Positions 57,487 through 64,000 of a stretch of 64,000 nt of DNA are shown in pieces. How positions within the stretch are numbered: the first letter of the stretch is position 1; the number at the start of each line of letters is the position of its first letter. Origin of the DNA: Prorocentrum cordatum (taxonomy: Eukaryota). The notes below the pieces were generated by a model. It was not told where the DNA came from, did no database searches, and was given only the letters and a program-made list of their open reading frames with translations. The stretch is from NCBI GenBank assembly GCA_963575745.1, contig CAUYUJ010000225.1, positions 1,178,001-1,242,000 on the forward strand. Direction: 5' to 3'. A program made the translations under genes and the position numbers.

Positions 57487-58562
57487 TTCCCCAAACAGTG
57501 CTTGCAATTAGGAGTTCTTGCTTGTGTTATGAGGAACTGGGGTGGAGATCGGTCTGGCGGCTCCATGCTCACGGTCGCCGCCCCGTCGCCGCCCGTCTGG
57601 GCGGGGTCGTCGGTCTGGCGGCTCCGTGGTCGTCTGGGCGGGGTTGTCGGTCTGGCAGCTCCGTGCTCGCCGTCGCCGCCCCGTCGTCGCCGTCGCCGCC
57701 CCGTCGCCGCCTCGCATAGATTGCACTGCATAAATTGTACAGCGTAGCACCACATAGATTGCACCACAGAGATTGCAACGCGTCGATTGCACTTCATGGA
57801 TTGAACCACAAAAACTGCAAAACATAGATCGCACCACATCGATTGCACCACATATGTTGCAAATGCACGCACAGAAACATATACATACACATATACATAT
57901 ACATATACATATGCACATGCACATGCACATGCATTGACACCTGCCTATACGTGTACATGCACATACATATATACGTACACATGTACATATACATGTACAT
58001 ATTCATATATATATACATACATACCGACATCTATATACACTCTCACATTTATACACGCATATATACATACATGCATGCGTGCATGCATGAATACCTACAT
58101 ACGTCGAACAATGCATACATGTGTACATACATATATGTATACACATATATGTAGGTATGCATACGCGCACACCCATACATACATACATGTATGCATGCAT
58201 ACATACATGCATACATACACACATACATACATACTTACAGACACACATACATACAAACGTGTACACACATATATAATACCTACATGCATACACACATACA
58301 TTACATACACACATACATTACATGCATACATACATCCATTAATATATACATTCAGACATACAAACAAACAGACACACAACCATACACACATACACACACA
58401 ATCATACAAATATGCAAATATGTTTGTTGCACGCAACTGATTGCGGAACACATATTTCTCAACAAATACTGCACAACATAGATTGCACCACGTAGACTGC
58501 ACCGCAAATATGGCTCCACATGGATTGCACACCATAGACTGCTAGGAACACACTGTTTGGGA
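57487..58562. mobile_element. ~1.08-kb element with terminal inverted repeats, carrying GATTGCACCAC repeats and a (CATA)n microsatellite
   Basis: TTCCCCAAACAGTG (57487-57500) vs CACTGTTTGGGA (58551-58562); architecture parallels 8993-9678. Confidence 0.6.
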
Positions 58563-58825
58563 TCCACGCTGGCTAACATCCAATGCTGCGCGAAACTCTG
58601 CGAACACTACCCGTGAGCGGTCGGTGATACGCCGTTGTTGGTATCCAATGTTCGGGATAGTTCCTCATTCGGCCCACCCGAAGACCATCGGGGCACCGCT
58701 CCCGTAGAGCGCGGTGGGCACTTTCAGGCGGCAGCGCCAGTGCTGCTCCTGGTGTATCCACGAGCAGCGCGCGCAAGGCAGCGACCGCAAACCATGCGAG
58801 CGCAACAATTTCACACGCGAGAGCG

Positions 58826-58860
<35 letters not shown>

Positions 58861-59539
58861 GCGCGCGCACGCACGCACATACGCACACACACACACACGC
58901 GCGCGCGCGCACGCACGCACCTACGCACACACACACACACACGAGCGCGCACCCACACGCACAAGAACGCGCGCTTACGAACAAACATACACAGACACAC
59001 ACACACACACACACATACACACACGCTCGCACACATAACCCCACACGCACACTTGCATGCAACATGCGCGCACACGTCTCTTATCCGCCTGCTGTGGGCA
59101 GAGGTTAGTCGGCAACTGACGAAACTCTTAAGTCAGAACATAATACTGTGCACACGCAAACATGTGACATATCTGCACCAAATGCACTCTTTGCCAACTC
59201 AAACAAACCATGCGCAGCAAGCTCGCAAACGGAAGGTCCCCACAAAACTGCGTCTGAACCCTTGGCAAATGAGTGCACACAGTCCTGACGCTCCATTTGC
59301 GTGAGTACCAACCTTGCATGTGAGGCGAGGCGATGTCGCGCGCAACGTACAATATGAGAAGCCTGAGCCACCGACCACATGTGAATCAGCAAATCGTAAG
59401 AACAACGCAATGGCAAACAAAATGGCATGTCCACACAAAGCGAGAACTACATTATTGCCGATGCGGGGCAGAGTGCCGAGGAGTGCGATGGAGTGGGGAG
59501 GACGGTGCAAGAATGAGAGAGAGAAGCACGCCGCCACCA

Positions 59540-60395
59540 CAGACTTGCAGGCGGGAGCGCCGCCGCCCCAGTTATATGGCATCTGCCGCTGTCGAGTCAA
59601 ATGGTCTCGCCTGTTACGGAGGAGGACGCCGTGCTAAAAAGGAAGATGGCAAGCTCCACCATGTCTGCATAGCCGCCGTAACGGCCCGACGGGGTGGATG
59701 TTCTTCGTCATCTCCGCCGTTCTCTCGTTCTTGAGGAAATGATCAAAAGCTATCTAGACGGGAAAACGGCAGGCTGCATGCAGTTTGCCACAACGCCGTC
59801 CCTGCAGAACTTCGACGCGAACCATCTGGTCACCTGCGCTGCGGCGGCCTTGCTCGCCGCATAGGACGGAACATTGTCGAAGACATCGGCCGTTGGGTAG
59901 CCCACCGCCGAGCCGACCGTGATGACGTGAGATGGGTCCAGGCGAATTACCACGGCTGCCCTTCTGCAGCAGTGGAAAGCATGCCCGAGTCAGGTTGAAG
60001 ACGCTCGCCATGTTCAGCGACATCACGTTTTTGCCCACGTCGAGTTGGGAAGCTCCTCAAAACTGCTGCCCATATCGCGCCAGCATTGTTCACCAAGACG
60101 TGCAACTCGCCCTAGCGCTCCGCCAGTCTGACCGCCAAGGCACGGCAAGCCTGACGGATATCAAGCTCGTCGCTGGGAAGAGAAACGCATGTGCCAGGCC
60201 CCATGCCGTTCAGCTGCTTGGCAACCCGATCGCACGCCGCGGCCTTCCTGGCGGAGATGTATATCCTCGTGCCATTCGCCATCAGGCCCTTCGCGATCAT
60301 GAGCCCGACGCCGCTGGAGCCGCCCGTAACCAGCGCCACCCGACCCTTGACGCCGAAAAAATCGCCGACGGCACGCCCGGGGTTCGGCGTCACAT
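59540..60395 (-). pseudogene. Intronless short-chain dehydrogenase/reductase (classical SDR) retropseudogene
   Basis: VKGRVALVTGGSSGVG (TGxxxGxG), HVLVNNAG, SVFNLTR, YAASK (YxxxK), VANCMQPAVFPS and ADMVELAIFLFSTASSSVTGETI*LDSG in collinear order, broken by stops and frameshifts. GCTCAAG lies 7 nt upstream of the ATG. Confidence 0.92.
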
Positions 60396-60542
60396 GCGAG
60401 CCCTTGAGCTGCGACTAGGACACAGCGCGGCGCGGATTTCCTGGATCGGCGCTGGACCCCCCCCCGAAGCGCCGCCACGGTGGCCGAGCGCCCAGCACCG
60501 ACCCGAGAGTTTATGCTCAGTCTCTTTTTTGTTCTTCGATGC

Positions 60543-60564
60543 GCCGTAGCCATTTCGGCTTAAG
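60543..60564 (+). other. Relict dinoflagellate spliced leader (DinoSL)
   Basis: GCCGTAGCCATTTCGGCTTAAG is a 20/22 match to DCCGTAGCCATTTTGGCTCAAG; it is followed by a second decayed unit, CGTCGGCTCGAG. Confidence 0.9.
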
Positions 60565-60684
60565 CGTCGGCTCGAGAGAGCTTTGCAAGCGAGTCTGAGC
60601 CAAATTCGCAGACCCCTGTCCGGGCCGATCGCCTTTTCTGTCAGGCTGCGGCGAGACGCACGGCAACACAGCACCGCAAACTAG

Positions 60685-61728
60685 TATAATCATTATCCTC
60701 ATCATCATCACCATCACCATCACAGTCAAATTCACCATCATCGCCATCATCATCACCACCGTCACCGTCACCATGACCATCACCATCCTCCTGCTAATCA
60801 CCAGCATCATCATCATCATCATCATCATCATCATTAGCATCAGCATTAGCATCATCATTAGCATCATCAGCATCATCATTATCATCATCATCATCACAAC
60901 CACCACCATCATCTTCAGCATCAGCATCAGCATCAGCATCATCATCATCATCATGACCACCATCATGACCACCATCATCATCATCATCATCATAATCATC
61001 ATCATCTTCATCATCATCATCATCATTATTATTATTATTATCAACATCATCGTCGTCACCATCATCATCAGAGTCATCATCATCATCGTCGTCACCATCA
61101 TCAGCATCATCATCATCATCATTATCAGCATCATCACCCTCACCATCGCCCTCATCATAATAATCAACACAATCATCGTCATCATCGTCAGCATCAGCAT
61201 CATCATCATCATTAGCATCGTTGTCATCATCACCATCAACATCACCATCGCCATCATCGTCATCATCATCATCATCATCAGCAACATGATCGCCGTCCGC
61301 ATTAGCATCGGCATCATCATCATCATAACTGTAATCACCATCACCATCACCAACATCAGCATCATGATCATCATCACCATCATCATCATCATCACCATCG
61401 TCATAATCACCAACATCACCATCATCATCATCATCATCGTCGTCACCATCATCATCATCATCATCACCCGCACCATGACCATCATTATCACAATCAGCAT
61501 CGTCATCATCGACAGCAGCAGCATCATCATCATCGTCGTCACCCTCACCATCACCATCATCATCAGCAACAGCATCGCCATCAGCATTAGCATGGGCATG
61601 ATCATCACCATCATAACTAGAATCGCCATCATCGTCATACTCATCATAATCATCATCATCACCATCATCATCCCAATCATCATGGCCATCGTGACTGTCA
61701 CCGTGATCATAATCATCATCAGCATCAG

Positions 61729-61783
<55 letters not shown>

Positions 61784-63066
61784 TACATGACCATCACCAT
61801 CATCACCATCACCATCATCACCATCATCACCATCATCACCATCAGCATCGTCATCATCATCATCATCGCCATCGCCATCAGCATCGTCATCAGCATCGTC
61901 ATCATCATCAGCATCGTCACCATCATCACAATCGTCATCACCATCAACATCGTCACCATCATCACCATCGTCACCACACCATCATCACCATTACCATCAA
62001 TCTCATCATCATTAACATAGTCATCATCATTATCATCATCATGGCCATCGTCATCACCATCACCATCTCCACCATCATCACCATCATCATCAACATCGTA
62101 AACATCCTCGTCAACATCATAATCATCGCCATCATCAACATCATCAACATCATCATCACCATCAGTATCGTCATCTTGGCCATCCGTCATCACCCTCATC
62201 ATGGCCATCGTCATCACCATCACCAGAATCTTCATCACGATCACCATCATCACCACAATCATCATAATCATCATCATCATCGTCGTCATCACCATCATCA
62301 TCATCATCATCAGCTGCATCATCATCGTCACCATCGTCATCCCAATCATTAGCAACATCGTCATCATCGTCGTCATCAGCATCTTCCGCCTCCTCCTATT
62401 CATCAGCACCAGCAGCAACATCCGCATCCGCGCCATCACCATCATCATCATCAACATCACCATCATCATCACCAACATCATCGTCACAAGCATCAGCATC
62501 AGCATCGCCATCGTCATCGCCATCAACACCATCAGCGACAGTATCACCATCACCACCATCATCATCCTCGTCATCATCACCAGCATCCTCCATCATCATC
62601 ATTATCATCACCGTCGGCACCATCAAGATCCGCATCATCATCAGCATCACTACCATCAACATCATTGCCATCATCATCAGCATCATCTCCATCATCACCA
62701 TCATCAGCATCATAATCATCATCATTAGCATCATCATCACCATCACCAGCATAACCATCAGCAGCATCAACATCATCATCCCCATCATAATCGTCACCAC
62801 CATCATCATCATCATCCTCATCTTCGTCATCGTCATCATCATCATCTTCATGGTCATGACCATGCCCATCACCATCGTCACAATCATCGTCATCACCAGC
62901 ATTACCATCGTCACCATCATCACCATATTGCGGGTGATCATCGTCGTCATCATGACCATCGCAATCAGCATCATAATCATAATCATCAGCATCACGACCT
63001 CTACCATCATCATCATCATCATCATCATCCTCAACGTCATGATCATCATCAGCATCAACAGCAACC

Positions 63067-63099
<33 letters not shown>

Positions 63100-64000
63100 C
63101 CACAGCCATCAGCATCAACATGATCAACAACATACGAATCATCATAATCGTCACAATCACCACCATCATTGTTATGATCACTATCGTCATGATCACCATC
63201 AGCATTATCCTCGTCACCATGATTGTCACCATCACCTTCACCACCAACATCATCACCATCACCATCATCACCAACATCATCATAATAAAAATAAACATCA
63301 CCATGAAAAGTACCGTCATCATCATCATCATCAACATCGCCGCCAGCATCACCAGCATCGTCATCACCAATATCATCGTCACCAACATCATCATCAGCAA
63401 CACCAGCATCATTATCGCTATCATCATCCTCATGCATTATCACCATCACCATCTCCATCATCACCATTCGCCGCATCATAATCATCATCATCATCGTCGG
63501 TGGCATAATCATTACTAGCAGCATCATCATCGTCACCATCATCATCACCATTCTCATCATCATTCGTATCGTCATCACTAACATCGTCGTCGTCATCATG
63601 AGCATCATCCTCACCATCATCATGCTGACTTTCACATCACCAACATCCTCACCATCAGCAGCATCGCCGTCACAATCACCATCATCACCATCATCGACAT
63701 CAAAATCACCAGCACCAATATCATCACCATCGCCGTCCTCAGCATCATGGTCAACATCACTATCATCATTATATAAACACCATCACCACTTCCACCATCA
63801 CCATCACCGTCATCAGCATCACGATCATCATCAGCACCGTGGTCATTACCATCACATTCACCATCAACTTCGTCATCCGCATCAACACCAGCGCTATCAC
63901 CATCATCATTATCATCATCACGACCCGTGTCGTCATCATCACCAACATCATCAGCATCAACATCAGTATCAACCTCATCAGCGTAGTCATCACCACCATC
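60685..64000. repeat. Very long degenerate (CAT)n field
   Basis: Directly visible; runs off the window end. Confidence 0.97.

Noticed and set aside
60543..60600. Functional SL RNA gene
   Set aside because: Two mismatches in the leader and no GT donor after AAG; better read as a relict SL.

Overview
Repeat-saturated eukaryotic DNA, almost certainly dinoflagellate: there is a 20/22 match to the dinoflagellate spliced leader DCCGTAGCCATTTTGGCTCAAG at 60543-60564 and a probable GC-AG intron. The GC-rich composition is Prorocentrum-like, which is an inference. I see no intact protein-coding gene; nearly all long ORFs in the track are read-throughs of (CAT)n, (CCT)n, (AGT)n, (CA)n and CCAAGA-type repeats. 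Recognisable relics are a tRNA-Gly(CCC), a decayed tRNA-Pro(CGG), a broken non-LTR retrotransposon (RT, RNase H, Zn fingers; 37.6-40.9 kb), an intronless SDR retropseudogene with relict spliced leaders (59.5-60.4 kb) and several MITE families. The most interesting signal is a set of apparent rolling-circle (Helentron/DINE-1-like) non-autonomous elements. Three of them share one terminal grammar: 5' TCCGCC subterminal repeat plus stem-loop, then 3' GGCGG plus a short hairpin. These and related elements each carry a different internal tandem array (about 150, 89, 42 or 11 bp). One element also retains the C-terminus of a Pif1-like helicase split by a GC-AG intron. All calls were made by eye; coordinates of degenerate elements are approximate.
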